Origin: Promethearchaeota archaeon
GTDB lineage: Archaea > Asgardarchaeota > Lokiarchaeia > Sigyniarchaeales > SOKP01
Direction: 5' to 3'
NCBI GenBank assembly: GCA_030599585.1
Contig: JAUVNS010000005.1
Coordinates: forward strand, 64,001-128,000
Length of the DNA stretch: 64,000 nt
Below the pieces are notes generated by a model, which was given only the letters and a program-made list of their open reading frames with translations, was not told the origin of the DNA and ran no database searches. Positions 1-9,574 of the stretch are shown in pieces (position 1 is the stretch's first letter; each line of letters begins with the position of its first letter). The translations under genes were made by a program, and so were the position numbers.

Positions 1-177
1 GACAATGTATAAAACAGAAAAAGAAATTCCTAAATTTTTCTGGGATACTCTTTTTATGCAACGCTCAAGATTGAATGTTTTGCTAAAAAAAACGAGTAAA
101 GAAGAAATTAATCCCTTTGAACTAGTCTAACTATTATTAGAAGGAAAATAAATTTCAATAAGAAATAATAGAAAACT

Positions 178-858
178 CTATATCAAGAGTTTTAATCCCT
201 GTTTTACTTTGTAGCTCCTATTTAATCGATCTACTTCGATGAATCTCTTAATTTCTAGATTATTTAATAAATCTCTCATTTCAACAGGGTTTTTACTAAG
301 TTTTGCTGCTAATCCCTCAATATCCGTTTCATATGAGCGAAGCACCGTAAGGAGAGATGAGTAATGATCAAAAATTTGATTCACAATATATTTGAGAGCT
401 TCATTCAAATTCTCTCCCGTCCGTGTACTTGTTGGAAAAATCATTGCGTCGTCTCTTAAATAGTTTTGAGATCTTACTATTTCAGTATGCCTGGCCCCAG
501 CCTTATCTTGTTTATTTGCCAAATAAACTATAGGAGTGCCAAGCCCTATCGTTTTTCGAAGAGAGTTTAGAATAATTATTGCGTCCTCATCTTTTTCTGG
601 GTGGGCCGCATCAAATAAAAAAACAAGACCATCAGAACCTCGGACTACTACATCTCTCATAACATTAAACCTTAATAAACCGGGCGTGCCAAACAGAAAG
701 ACATCAAATCCATTTAATTTTACGCTTCCTAAGTCCATTCCAACGGTGTAATATTTATTATCTCTGGCTTTTGCTTCTACATTTAATGCCTTGTCATCAA
801 AATATTTAATAAAACTCGATTTACCGCTTTGGGTTGGACCTGATACTGTAATTTTCAT
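178..858 (-). CDS. Small GTPase (MglA/Arf-like) with probable C-terminal winged-helix extension
   Basis: P-loop GPTQSGKSS, TVGMDLG, FGTPG, NKQD; ~60-aa helical C-terminal tail. Confidence 0.8.
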   Translation of the reverse strand: MKITVSGPTQSGKSSFIKYFDDKALNVEAKARDNKYYTVGMDLGSVKLNGFDVFLFGTPGLLRFNVMRDVVVRGSDGLVFLFDAAHPEKDEDAIIILNSLRKTIGLGTPIVYLANKQDKAGARHTEIVRSQNYLRDDAMIFPTSTRTGENLNEALKYIVNQIFDHYSSLLTVLRSYETDIEGLAAKLSKNPVEMRDLLNNLEIKRFIEVDRLNRSYKVKQGLKLLI

Positions 859-1138
859 GATTGTTAACTCTACTTTTAAACAAACGATACCAAATGAAGC
901 TTTTGTCGGTATATAATTGAAAGTGTTTTTATTACTTGATTATTAACTTAATTAGCTTTTTATTTAGCATTAATATATAGATAATATAATTTTATGTTTT
1001 AGGAAAAATACTGCAACAATATTAAATTCAATAATGATAATTATAAAGCTCGTTTCCTTTAGCTCTTATCACTAAAGGTAGTTATAATCCTTGAAAAATT
1101 GACGAATAATCACTTGTAGGATTTAAAGATTTGCTACT

Positions 1139-1190
1139 AAAGATCAAAAAGAAATATTTAATAATGCTAATAAAAGATCAAAAAGAAATA
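1139..1190 (+). repeat. 18-bp direct repeat AAAGATCAAAAAGAAATA x2, 34-bp period
   Basis: Exact copies at 1139-1156 and 1173-1190 in the divergent intergenic region. Confidence 0.85.
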
Positions 1191-1342
1191 ATTGATATTG
1201 AAACTGATATTATTCGTCATGGAATTTTAGAAAAAATAAAGAATAAAGGTATATTATCAAACAAAAACTAAAAAAACTAAAAATAAAGGGATTATAACTG
1301 TTCCAAATATAATTTGAACAAGTATAATTAAATATTAATAAA

Positions 1343-4075
1343 ATGAGTAAAAAAAATTCTGTTTTAGTTGTAGGTAGTGGTATAGACGGTATACAAGCTT
1401 CTATCGGTTTAGCAGACTCTGGGTTTAGAGTATATTTAATAGAAAAAGCCCCTCTAACAAGAATCAATACAAATCAAGAAAAAATCTTAGTTAATGATTG
1501 TACTACATGCCTCATTCCCCTAAAATTTGCTGGCCTTAATGGATATGATAATATAGAATTGATAAGAAACGCAGATATCATAAGTTTAGAAGGAGAACCC
1601 GGGAAATTCAAAGCAACCATCTATAAGAAGAGTCTTAGTCAGGTTGAAACTATTAATCCTGAGGATAAAGATTGCATAAAACAGTGTCCGTTTATAGATC
1701 TTTTAAAGAATAGAGATAAAATAAAAGAATTGGATGGCAATAATTCTCAATTTTCAGCAATTGCTCCATTGAAAATTCTAATTGAAAAACGAAGGATTCC
1801 ACCATGTGAAAACGCATGCCCTGCTCATGTTAAGAGTCAGGATTATGTTGATTTAATCATCAAAGGGCAATACCAAGAATCCCTCAATGTCATTCGAGAA
1901 AGATGTCCGCTCCCTTCTGCTATTGGGAGGGTCTGCCCTCATCCATGTGAATCAGCTTGCAATAGAGGGGAAATAGAAGAACCCGTTAATATCTGTGGTT
2001 TAAAGAGGTTTGTTGCTGATTATATAAGAGAAAATTCAAATGAAGAGATTAAATACTTAGAAAATAAGAAAGAAAAAAAGGTAGCTGTTATAGGCTCTGG
2101 TCCTGCAGGTTTAACCGTAGCATATCATCTGGGAAGGTTGGGTTATCCAGTTACTATCTTTGAAAAATCTCCAGTTGCTGGTGGAATGTTAAGATTAGGA
2201 ATCCCAGATTATAGACTACCTCCCGAAATTTTACAAGCAGATATCGATCATATCAAAAGGTATGGTGTTGAAATAAAACTAAACTCTCCTATCGGTCCAC
2301 TTGGACCCACTATTGATGATCTCCTTAAAGATTTCGATGCGGTCTTTATTGGCGTGGGATTACAACTTGCCAGAGAGCTAAAAATTGAAGGAAATGATCT
2401 TGAAAATGTTCTTTACGGAATAGATTTTCTTAAAAAATGTGGTTTGGGGGAAGAGGTTACTGTAGGTAAGAATGTTTTAGTGATTGGAGGTGGAGACGTT
2501 GCTGTCGATGTAGCACGAACTGCATTAAGGAAAGGAGCCGAGGAGGTTCACATGGTCACATTAGAATCCGAAGAGATTCTTCCTGCCCATCCATGGGAAG
2601 TAACAGAGGCAAGGGAAGAAGGAATTGTATTTCACACTAGTTTAGGTCCAGATAAATTTGTAGGGGAAAATGGTAAAGTTATCGGTTTAGAAACAGTTGT
2701 TTGTGAGTCGGTTTACGATGACAAGGGCCGTTTCAATCCTGTATTTGGAGCATGCTCAGAAGATATGCTTAAGTGTGATATGGTCTTTGTTACTATTGGT
2801 CAAGCTGCTGATTTATCGTTTTTAGATAAGGACATAAATGTTGGTAGGGGAATAGAGATAGATCGTGGTAATTTTCAAACCTCAAAAGATGGTGTATTTG
2901 CTGGAGGTGAAGTTGTTACTGGCCCTGGTGCGGCTATTGATGCAATGGCAACTGGTAATAAAGCTGCAATTGTTATTAATCAATACCTAAAAGGAGAGAA
3001 ATTATCATTTGTAGAGACAATTCCGGATTATAATGAGGAAGATTTAGTAACATTTGAGGAGTTGAAAAGAAGGGAACGAATAGAACCAGAACCTCGGAAA
3101 AATCCTGAACACATACCTCCAGATGAAAGAAAAACTAATTTTAAAGAATTTGCACTAGAATGGGATGAGAACCTTGCTATCGCGGAAGCGAATAGGTGCC
3201 TTAGTTGTGGGATTTGTACTGAATGCTCCGAAAATGTGAAAAAATGTGTTGCTAATTCTATTGATAGTAGTCAATTTAGTGAAACGATATCTATTGACAT
3301 TGATAATGTAATTTTAACTCCAGGTGAGTGGTTATCATGTTTTGATCTTCGAAAATTAACTGACTATAGATGGGAAATCGTTAATCCAATTGCACATGTA
3401 GATACTGCATTATGTATTGGTTGTAATAGATGCGCTGATACTTGTAACTATAATTCTGTAGGTGTAAAATATGAAGCTGGCTTAAATGTTTCGAAGGTGG
3501 ACCCTCAGCTATGTAAGGGTTGTGGCGACTGTGTCGCAGAATGTCCTGGAGAAGCCATAACCATGAGCCGTTTTGGTAGGGATCGAATAGAACAAATCAT
3601 CAATTACACTCCACAGGATAAAAAAGATGAACTGCATCCTAAAATCCTAGCGTTTCTATGCAGCTGGTGTAGCTACTCTGGAGCAGATTTAGCAAGTCTA
3701 TACCAATTTCAAAGTTCGCTTAATGTGCAAATTATTCGAGTGATGTGCTCTGCAGCCATAAGTAAAAGTTTTATACTCCAAGCTTTTTTAAATGGAGCTG
3801 ACGGAGTGATAATAGGAGGATGTCATCTTGGTAAATGCCATCATGTTGAGGGTAATTTGGATACTCAGAGGAGATTCAGACAAATTGCCAAAGGATTAAG
3901 AGAAATTGGAATCAATCCTGAACGATACAATTTAGAATGGTTCTCTCCTAGTGAAGAAAAAGTATTTTCAAAAATTATGAATGATTTTATTACTAAAATT
4001 AAAAATTTAGGATCAATTGAAACTGATTTTAAGTCAATAAACACGTCGCCTAAAAGGGCAAGTGCTAAAAATTAA
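1343..4075 (+). CDS. HdrA/HdrL-like flavoprotein with GltD-like NAD(P)H module, ferredoxin domain and fused MvhD
   Basis: N-terminal VVGSGIDG; PPCENACP/GRVCPHPCE Fe-S; GSGPAG and GGGDVAVD; two CxxCxxC...CP motifs; C-terminal FLCSWCSY...RVMCS...GCHLGKCH (MvhD). Confidence 0.8.
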   Translation: MSKKNSVLVVGSGIDGIQASIGLADSGFRVYLIEKAPLTRINTNQEKILVNDCTTCLIPLKFAGLNGYDNIELIRNADIISLEGEPGKFKATIYKKSLSQVETINPEDKDCIKQCPFIDLLKNRDKIKELDGNNSQFSAIAPLKILIEKRRIPPCENACPAHVKSQDYVDLIIKGQYQESLNVIRERCPLPSAIGRVCPHPCESACNRGEIEEPVNICGLKRFVADYIRENSNEEIKYLENKKEKKVAVIGSGPAGLTVAYHLGRLGYPVTIFEKSPVAGGMLRLGIPDYRLPPEILQADIDHIKRYGVEIKLNSPIGPLGPTIDDLLKDFDAVFIGVGLQLARELKIEGNDLENVLYGIDFLKKCGLGEEVTVGKNVLVIGGGDVAVDVARTALRKGAEEVHMVTLESEEILPAHPWEVTEAREEGIVFHTSLGPDKFVGENGKVIGLETVVCESVYDDKGRFNPVFGACSEDMLKCDMVFVTIGQAADLSFLDKDINVGRGIEIDRGNFQTSKDGVFAGGEVVTGPGAAIDAMATGNKAAIVINQYLKGEKLSFVETIPDYNEEDLVTFEELKRRERIEPEPRKNPEHIPPDERKTNFKEFALEWDENLAIAEANRCLSCGICTECSENVKKCVANSIDSSQFSETISIDIDNVILTPGEWLSCFDLRKLTDYRWEIVNPIAHVDTALCIGCNRCADTCNYNSVGVKYEAGLNVSKVDPQLCKGCGDCVAECPGEAITMSRFGRDRIEQIINYTPQDKKDELHPKILAFLCSWCSYSGADLASLYQFQSSLNVQIIRVMCSAAISKSFILQAFLNGADGVIIGGCHLGKCHHVEGNLDTQRRFRQIAKGLREIGINPERYNLEWFSPSEEKVFSKIMNDFITKIKNLGSIETDFKSINTSPKRASAKN

Positions 4076-4099
4076 GATATCTAAGAGGGATTAAACAAA

Positions 4100-4795
4100 A
4101 TGATAATTACAGAACTTAAAAATATAGAAGAAATATACGATATGGTAAAACAATACTCAAAAATTTTAGTTGCTGGGTGTGATGGATGTTGCCAACCCCC
4201 AAGATCTATAGCTGAAGCGAAAAATCTTGGTCAGATGCTCGAATTAAAAGCAAAAGTCGAGGGTAAAGAGTTAAAATGGAAAGCTATAACAGTACTTAGG
4301 CAATGTGATGATAGAATTGCAGCAACTACCGTTCAACCTTTTATTGAGCAATACGATGCGATAGTATCGTTGTCCTGTGGATTAGGTGTCGTCATGATGA
4401 ATCGAATATTTGAAAATATTCTTACCTACCCTGCTCAAAATAGTATGTTTGGAGGGGCAGAAAATAATGCAGAAAATAGTTTTGCTGAATATTGTGAAAC
4501 ATGCGGGGAATGTTTACTTGGTGCTACTGGTGGAGTGTGTCCTATGGCCGGATGTGCTAAAAACTTGAGTAATGGACCATGTGGTGGGACCGTTAACGGT
4601 AAATGCGAAGTTGGTGGATATATACACGAATGTGCTTGGATAAAGATATACGAACGCTTAAGAAAATTTAATAGAATGGATCTTTTTACTAAATACCGTC
4701 CACCAAGAAACTACAGACTTTGGTCAAGTCCACGGTTTATTGAGATTAATAAATCTTATACGAACGAAGAAGAACCAATAAAGGAGGAGAAATAG
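4100..4795 (+). CDS. metV: Methylenetetrahydrofolate reductase small subunit MetV
   Basis: GCDGC, RQCD, SCGLG, CETCGEC...CP...C...NGPCGG...C...CAW; directly upstream of metF. Confidence 0.85.
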   Translation: MIITELKNIEEIYDMVKQYSKILVAGCDGCCQPPRSIAEAKNLGQMLELKAKVEGKELKWKAITVLRQCDDRIAATTVQPFIEQYDAIVSLSCGLGVVMMNRIFENILTYPAQNSMFGGAENNAENSFAEYCETCGECLLGATGGVCPMAGCAKNLSNGPCGGTVNGKCEVGGYIHECAWIKIYERLRKFNRMDLFTKYRPPRNYRLWSSPRFIEINKSYTNEEEPIKEEK

Positions 4796-4798
4796 AAA

Positions 4799-5737
4799 AT
4801 GGTAAAACGACCAGCATATAGTACTTTAGTAAAAACTATGAGGGAAGGTAAATTTTTATTCACTGGTGAATTAGAGCCAAAAAAGATGATTGATTTGTCT
4901 TCTATCCTACATTCTGCGGAAGAAATGAAAAAAACGGGAAAGATTGTTGCTGCTAATGTGACAGATGGACCACAAGGAGATGCTTACACTTGTTCCATGG
5001 TTCCTTGCTACTTAGTTCAAGAAAAAGTTGGCTTGGAAGCGATTTGGCAGATGACTGTTCGAGATAGAAATCGAATTGCTTTATTTGGCGATATATTAGG
5101 TGGAGCGATACTTGGCCTAAAAAATTTACTTGCTTTAACTGGAGATCATACTGCTCTTGGAGATCATCAAAATGCGAGGCCTGTATTCGATTTAGACTCT
5201 ACACAGTTAATCGATCTCGTTTCTAAAATGGTAGATGACGGTACGGATTTAGAAGGAAATGAAATTGAAGGCGGAAAAATCGAAATGAATGTGGGATGTG
5301 CCGCTAATCCAAATTCAAACCCAAGAGAGCCCGAAATCTTAAAAGTAGGAAGAAAAGTAGAAGTTGGCGCCGATTTCATTCAAACTCAAACATCTTTTGA
5401 TATAGATGATGCCAAAGAATTCCTAAAAGAATTAGAAAAATTCAATGTTCCCGTATTGCTAGGACTATTTCCTATAAAAAATTACGGCATAGCTTGGTAT
5501 TTCAATGAGTATATCCCTGGCGTTTCAGTTCCAAAGGATCTCTTAAAAGCTTTAAAAACTGCAAAAAAGGAGTACAAAGATGATAAAAAAAAGCGGAATG
5601 AAGTTATCGATAAGATTAATATTGACTTTTATGAACCATTTATCAGGGAAATTCAGAAAACCACTAAAGCTGCGGGTATTCATTGCATGGCTGTACATTA
5701 CGAAAGACTATTTGAGCCTTTATTAAAGAACTTCTAA
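4799..5737 (+). CDS. metF: Methylenetetrahydrofolate reductase
   Basis: TGELEP, NVTD, RDRNRIAL, LTGDH, GADFIQTQ. Confidence 0.9.
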   Translation: MVKRPAYSTLVKTMREGKFLFTGELEPKKMIDLSSILHSAEEMKKTGKIVAANVTDGPQGDAYTCSMVPCYLVQEKVGLEAIWQMTVRDRNRIALFGDILGGAILGLKNLLALTGDHTALGDHQNARPVFDLDSTQLIDLVSKMVDDGTDLEGNEIEGGKIEMNVGCAANPNSNPREPEILKVGRKVEVGADFIQTQTSFDIDDAKEFLKELEKFNVPVLLGLFPIKNYGIAWYFNEYIPGVSVPKDLLKALKTAKKEYKDDKKKRNEVIDKINIDFYEPFIREIQKTTKAAGIHCMAVHYERLFEPLLKNF

Positions 5738-5839
5738 CAGTAATGAGGAAAGCAATAACATGAAAAAATTTTTCCAAAAAATTTTATTTATTTAATAAAA
5801 CTTACATTTATTCTATTTTTTAACTATCCGCTTAATTTC

Positions 5840-6862
5840 TTAACTTGTATAAAAAAAATGTCCGTTCTTTTCAAATTTCTGTACTTTTCCTTGATGTTCC
5901 AGAAATAGTAAGTGTCCTAGAATTTCACTTAAAGCCATGAAAGAGTTAATTTCGTCTAATTCAGTTCCAAAATGAATTTGAGAAATTTCAAAGGGGGTCA
6001 TAGGTTTTTCTTTGATTAAATTTGAAATTTCAGATAGTCTATTCTCGTGATGCTTCTTTATTTCTAAAATCCGTTCATGTGGATTATATATTATGTCTTG
6101 ATGAGCAGGAAAAATTATCTTTGCATTTAACTTATCAATTCGATCTAGCGAGTTTAGATAATGGTCTAAAATGTTATTAAAATCGTACTTCTCATATTCA
6201 TCCTTAAGAGTATTGGGGATTAAAAAATTCCCGATATGGGGCGTAATTCTCGAAAGGATGTGATCTCCAGAAAAAAGATATTTCTTTTTAGCATCAAAAA
6301 TGGCTGTATGGCCAAAACTATGACCTGGAGTCCAGATTACTTCTAAATCGTTCAAAAACGTGTCATTATCGCGCACAATTACATCTGGTTTTTGGTAGCG
6401 CAAAAGTCTTGGCCAAAAAGTGAAGAATTGAACCATCTTTTTCCCTTCTTCTTCGCTAATTCCATATTTTATCATCAGATTCGCAACTTTTTTCGCTTCA
6501 GTTTTTATTTCTTCCATACTTGAATCGTGTGTTTCCCATCTCAAAATCTTATGGGTTATATCGTTCATCACTATTTTCAAGTTTGGGTTTTTTCTTTTAA
6601 GCGTTTTTACTAATCCCATGTGATCTAAATGAAGATGGGTAATAAAACAATAATTAATATCTTCAATGGGTATATTTATATCATTCAACGCTTTAAAAAG
6701 GAGTTTACTCCAATTTCCCATATTTAAACCTGCATCTATTAGAATATATTGATCATTAAATTTAAAAAGGTAAAGACAAACGAACTTTACGGCAAATGGA
6801 ACGTCAATTTTTATTCGGTAGACATCGTCAATTTTATTGACTTCAGATTTAAATTTATACAA
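5840..6862 (-). CDS. MBL-fold metallo-hydrolase
   Basis: THLHLDHMG, TPGHS, SGDH, PAH motifs. Confidence 0.9.
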   Translation of the reverse strand: MYKFKSEVNKIDDVYRIKIDVPFAVKFVCLYLFKFNDQYILIDAGLNMGNWSKLLFKALNDINIPIEDINYCFITHLHLDHMGLVKTLKRKNPNLKIVMNDITHKILRWETHDSSMEEIKTEAKKVANLMIKYGISEEEGKKMVQFFTFWPRLLRYQKPDVIVRDNDTFLNDLEVIWTPGHSFGHTAIFDAKKKYLFSGDHILSRITPHIGNFLIPNTLKDEYEKYDFNNILDHYLNSLDRIDKLNAKIIFPAHQDIIYNPHERILEIKKHHENRLSEISNLIKEKPMTPFEISQIHFGTELDEINSFMALSEILGHLLFLEHQGKVQKFEKNGHFFYTS

Positions 6863-6971
6863 TAAAAGTACCTAGCTCCCAAATTTGATTCTTATTTGAA
6901 AAAATAAATAAAACCATTTTTAATTTATTATTTGAAAAAAAAAAATGAAAAAAAAGATTTTTAATATAATT

Positions 6972-7676
6972 CTAATCTTTTAAACCATAATACATAAACC
7001 AGAAGCTGCTTAAATAACCGATTCTAACAAATATTACGGTGAATCCCGGAACAATTAAGCCTTCTAATAAGCCAAATATACAAAAACAAATCGCTCCCAT
7101 TGATAGAAGGAAAAATTTTTTCTTTAAAATCCCTGTAGACTGAAAACTCTTTATTAAAAAGCCAAACCCAAGGAGAATTATAATGAGTATTAAGAATATC
7201 CCCATTATCATACCAGCTAAAGAGAAAATATTTAGGTTGTAATCAATTAATCCATCTCCTGATACAGGAGGAGGGTTAAAATTAAATGCACTAAATGGGT
7301 CCATAAATATGATGATGTAAAAAACTATGCTTAGGGCTATAAATACTGAGACTATATACCATTTGGCTTTAGGGACCAATAATGCTCCACCGATATAAAT
7401 CGCAGTTACAACAGCAGGAGCCAACCAAATGTAGCTTAAAATACCCACCATACCATATGTATTATCAAAATTAGTGCTGGTAAATATAACGAGAAAAAAA
7501 TCTAAAAAAACTCCTAAAAATGTTAATCCTGCGAATAAATTTGCCAATCCTAGAGTTGTCAGCATTTTAGCTCCAGTTTTTTTCGATTTATAGATAAAAA
7601 ACAACCCGAATAAAAACCCGAAGATTACTACTCCCGAGGCAGTAAGGCCGTCAATCCAAAAAATTAAATCTACCAT
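6972..7676 (-). CDS. Multi-pass (~7 TM) membrane protein
   Basis: About seven hydrophobic segments; GAGTGA SD-like sequence upstream. Confidence 0.7.
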   Translation of the reverse strand: MVDLIFWIDGLTASGVVIFGFLFGLFFIYKSKKTGAKMLTTLGLANLFAGLTFLGVFLDFFLVIFTSTNFDNTYGMVGILSYIWLAPAVVTAIYIGGALLVPKAKWYIVSVFIALSIVFYIIIFMDPFSAFNFNPPPVSGDGLIDYNLNIFSLAGMIMGIFLILIIILLGFGFLIKSFQSTGILKKKFFLLSMGAICFCIFGLLEGLIVPGFTVIFVRIGYLSSFWFMYYGLKD

Positions 7677-7706
7677 TCCATAATCACTCTTCGTTTTTAA
7701 TTTTCA

Positions 7707-7741
7707 AAAACTAATAATAAAACTAATAATAAAACTAATAA
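7707..7741 (+). repeat. 12-bp tandem repeat AAAACTAATAAT x~3
   Basis: Read directly from sequence upstream of the membrane-protein gene. Confidence 0.75.
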
Positions 7742-7903
7742 AAAAACTCTAATATAAATTAGCTCCATCACCTTATAAATGAAAGTGATAATCGTTTGTT
7801 AACACAATAAAATTAATGAATAAATACTACGGAATTTATATAAACAGATTGGGTTCGAGTGATAATATATGTCTGCTTCTCCTGCATTACAGCAGAACGG
7901 AGC

Positions 7904-8170
7904 CTATATTTTTTTCATGATATTCTTCTTCATATCAAATTCTAAATCCCGCAATTTGATCTTAATTTCTTTTGGATTATAGTCTTTTTTTAGCAAATCA
8001 ATTATTGTCTCTTTCAAAGACTCTAGATTATCAACTGCGCATTGGTAAAATATGTTATCTTTATCCAAATTCATATTCAAAATTTCATACAATCCGTTGA
8101 GAGAATCACGAATCTTTTCGTAGTGCTCCCACGCTTTATCTAAATCAGACCCAGTTTCTTGATTAGCCAT
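7904..8170 (-). CDS. Small helical hypothetical protein
   Basis: 88-aa ATG ORF, native codon style, co-oriented with neighbours. Confidence 0.7.
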   Translation of the reverse strand: MANQETGSDLDKAWEHYEKIRDSLNGLYEILNMNLDKDNIFYQCAVDNLESLKETIIDLLKKDYNPKEIKIKLRDLEFDMKKNIMKKI

Positions 8171-8315
8171 TACTATAATAAAAAAAGAAGTAAAATAAAA
8201 CTTTTTCCTTATGAGGTTATAACACCTTTTTTGAAAAAATGTAAGAAAAAAAGAATTATCTACTCCAAAAATGTAGGTGAAAATCTAAAAAGAATTCATA
8301 AATTATTGAATTAAA

Positions 8316-9434
8316 TTAAATCAATTCAAGAAATGTTTTCGTTCCAATTTTAAACTTTTCTGTGGGAATATTGTCTCTGACTTTTACTAATTTTATAGCA
8401 TCATTAGGGCAATTAGCTGCGCAAACTCCGCACCCCAAGCAATAATCTTCGTTTATAAACATGTGTTCATCAGAAGAATCTGGTTCGTTAGGAAGTTTAT
8501 GATAAATAACACCCATTGGGCATTTATTTAAACAAATTTCGCATTTTGTACATAAATCATTATTTATTTTAGGTGTATAGTTGGATGCTAAAGTGGCATA
8601 GTATTTATGTTCTTTGGCGGCTACAAGGGCTCCACAATGGCAGCTACAACAATTACATACGAATAAAGTGGATTCAATGCTACTGTCGGCAACACAATGG
8701 TGAATCAATCCTGCCTTCTCTGTTTTTATAAGATATTCAACTGCTTCTTCCTTATTAAGCTTTGGTGCTCCTCGTTCGATACTTGACCGAGCTCCTTCTC
8801 CCGCTAAAAAGCAACCCATCTCTGGTGATGCCACCTGACATGAGTCTCCAGTGTACTCGGCAATTAAGCGGCATTGACATGGAATGACCGTGAAAATGTC
8901 GTAATTATCAATTAATTGAGACATTAATTCATATGGTAAAATTTGAGATTCGACATCAAGAGATTTATCAATTTTAATTAATTTTTCCTTTGCGTTAATC
9001 GGTAACCGCGGTCTAAAAAATTTTAAATTTGTTTCAACTAAGAATGGTGGTAGAAAGCTCTTAAAAAACCATCTGAATATTTCCGCTACTTTTGTTAAAT
9101 TTTCCTCAGAATCGTTCCTCCTAATAAAATATCTTTCAAAGATGCCTGGAAGAATTGGGACTAAACCATACCCATCAACTACTTTAGCAATTGTACCTTT
9201 GGCGTATAATCTATCTAAAATAGATATCAATTCATCTTTTGAAATTCCTGTTGATTCTTCTAAACTTTTAAGCGAAGTATATTTATCAGCGCCTTCAAAC
9301 TTGGAAATAATTTCAATCTCCTCTTCATTCCATAAGACTTTCATCAGTTCAAAGATTTTCTTATGTTTTGGTGCGTATAATGACCCGAGACTTAATTTTT
9401 GTCTTACAATCTCATAATTATCAATTTCCAACAT
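8316..9434 (-). CDS. 4Fe-4S dicluster protein with N-terminal HTH-like region
   Basis: CQCR, CNCCSCHC and two CxxCxxCxxxCP motifs. Confidence 0.85.
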   Translation of the reverse strand: MLEIDNYEIVRQKLSLGSLYAPKHKKIFELMKVLWNEEEIEIISKFEGADKYTSLKSLEESTGISKDELISILDRLYAKGTIAKVVDGYGLVPILPGIFERYFIRRNDSEENLTKVAEIFRWFFKSFLPPFLVETNLKFFRPRLPINAKEKLIKIDKSLDVESQILPYELMSQLIDNYDIFTVIPCQCRLIAEYTGDSCQVASPEMGCFLAGEGARSSIERGAPKLNKEEAVEYLIKTEKAGLIHHCVADSSIESTLFVCNCCSCHCGALVAAKEHKYYATLASNYTPKINNDLCTKCEICLNKCPMGVIYHKLPNEPDSSDEHMFINEDYCLGCGVCAANCPNDAIKLVKVRDNIPTEKFKIGTKTFLELI

Positions 9435-9574
9435 GATTTTATAAAAGGATGTCTTGTTTAATTATTAATCGAAAATCAAATAGAATGTTTACATCAAAAT
9501 TTTATATCACTATTTCTATTATTCTAACTATATCTTTATTAAATTTTACAGAAAACGAACGGATGAAATTTAAC

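Noticed and set aside
1343-4075. Possible selenoprotein (HdrA/MvhD often carry Sec)
   Set aside because: ORF is uninterrupted with Cys codons at the MvhD motifs; no in-frame TGA or convincing SECIS seen.
7755-7775. GGTGATGGAG on the minus strand resembling a fluoride riboswitch start
   Set aside because: The pairing strand (YCACC) and downstream pseudoknot partner are missing.
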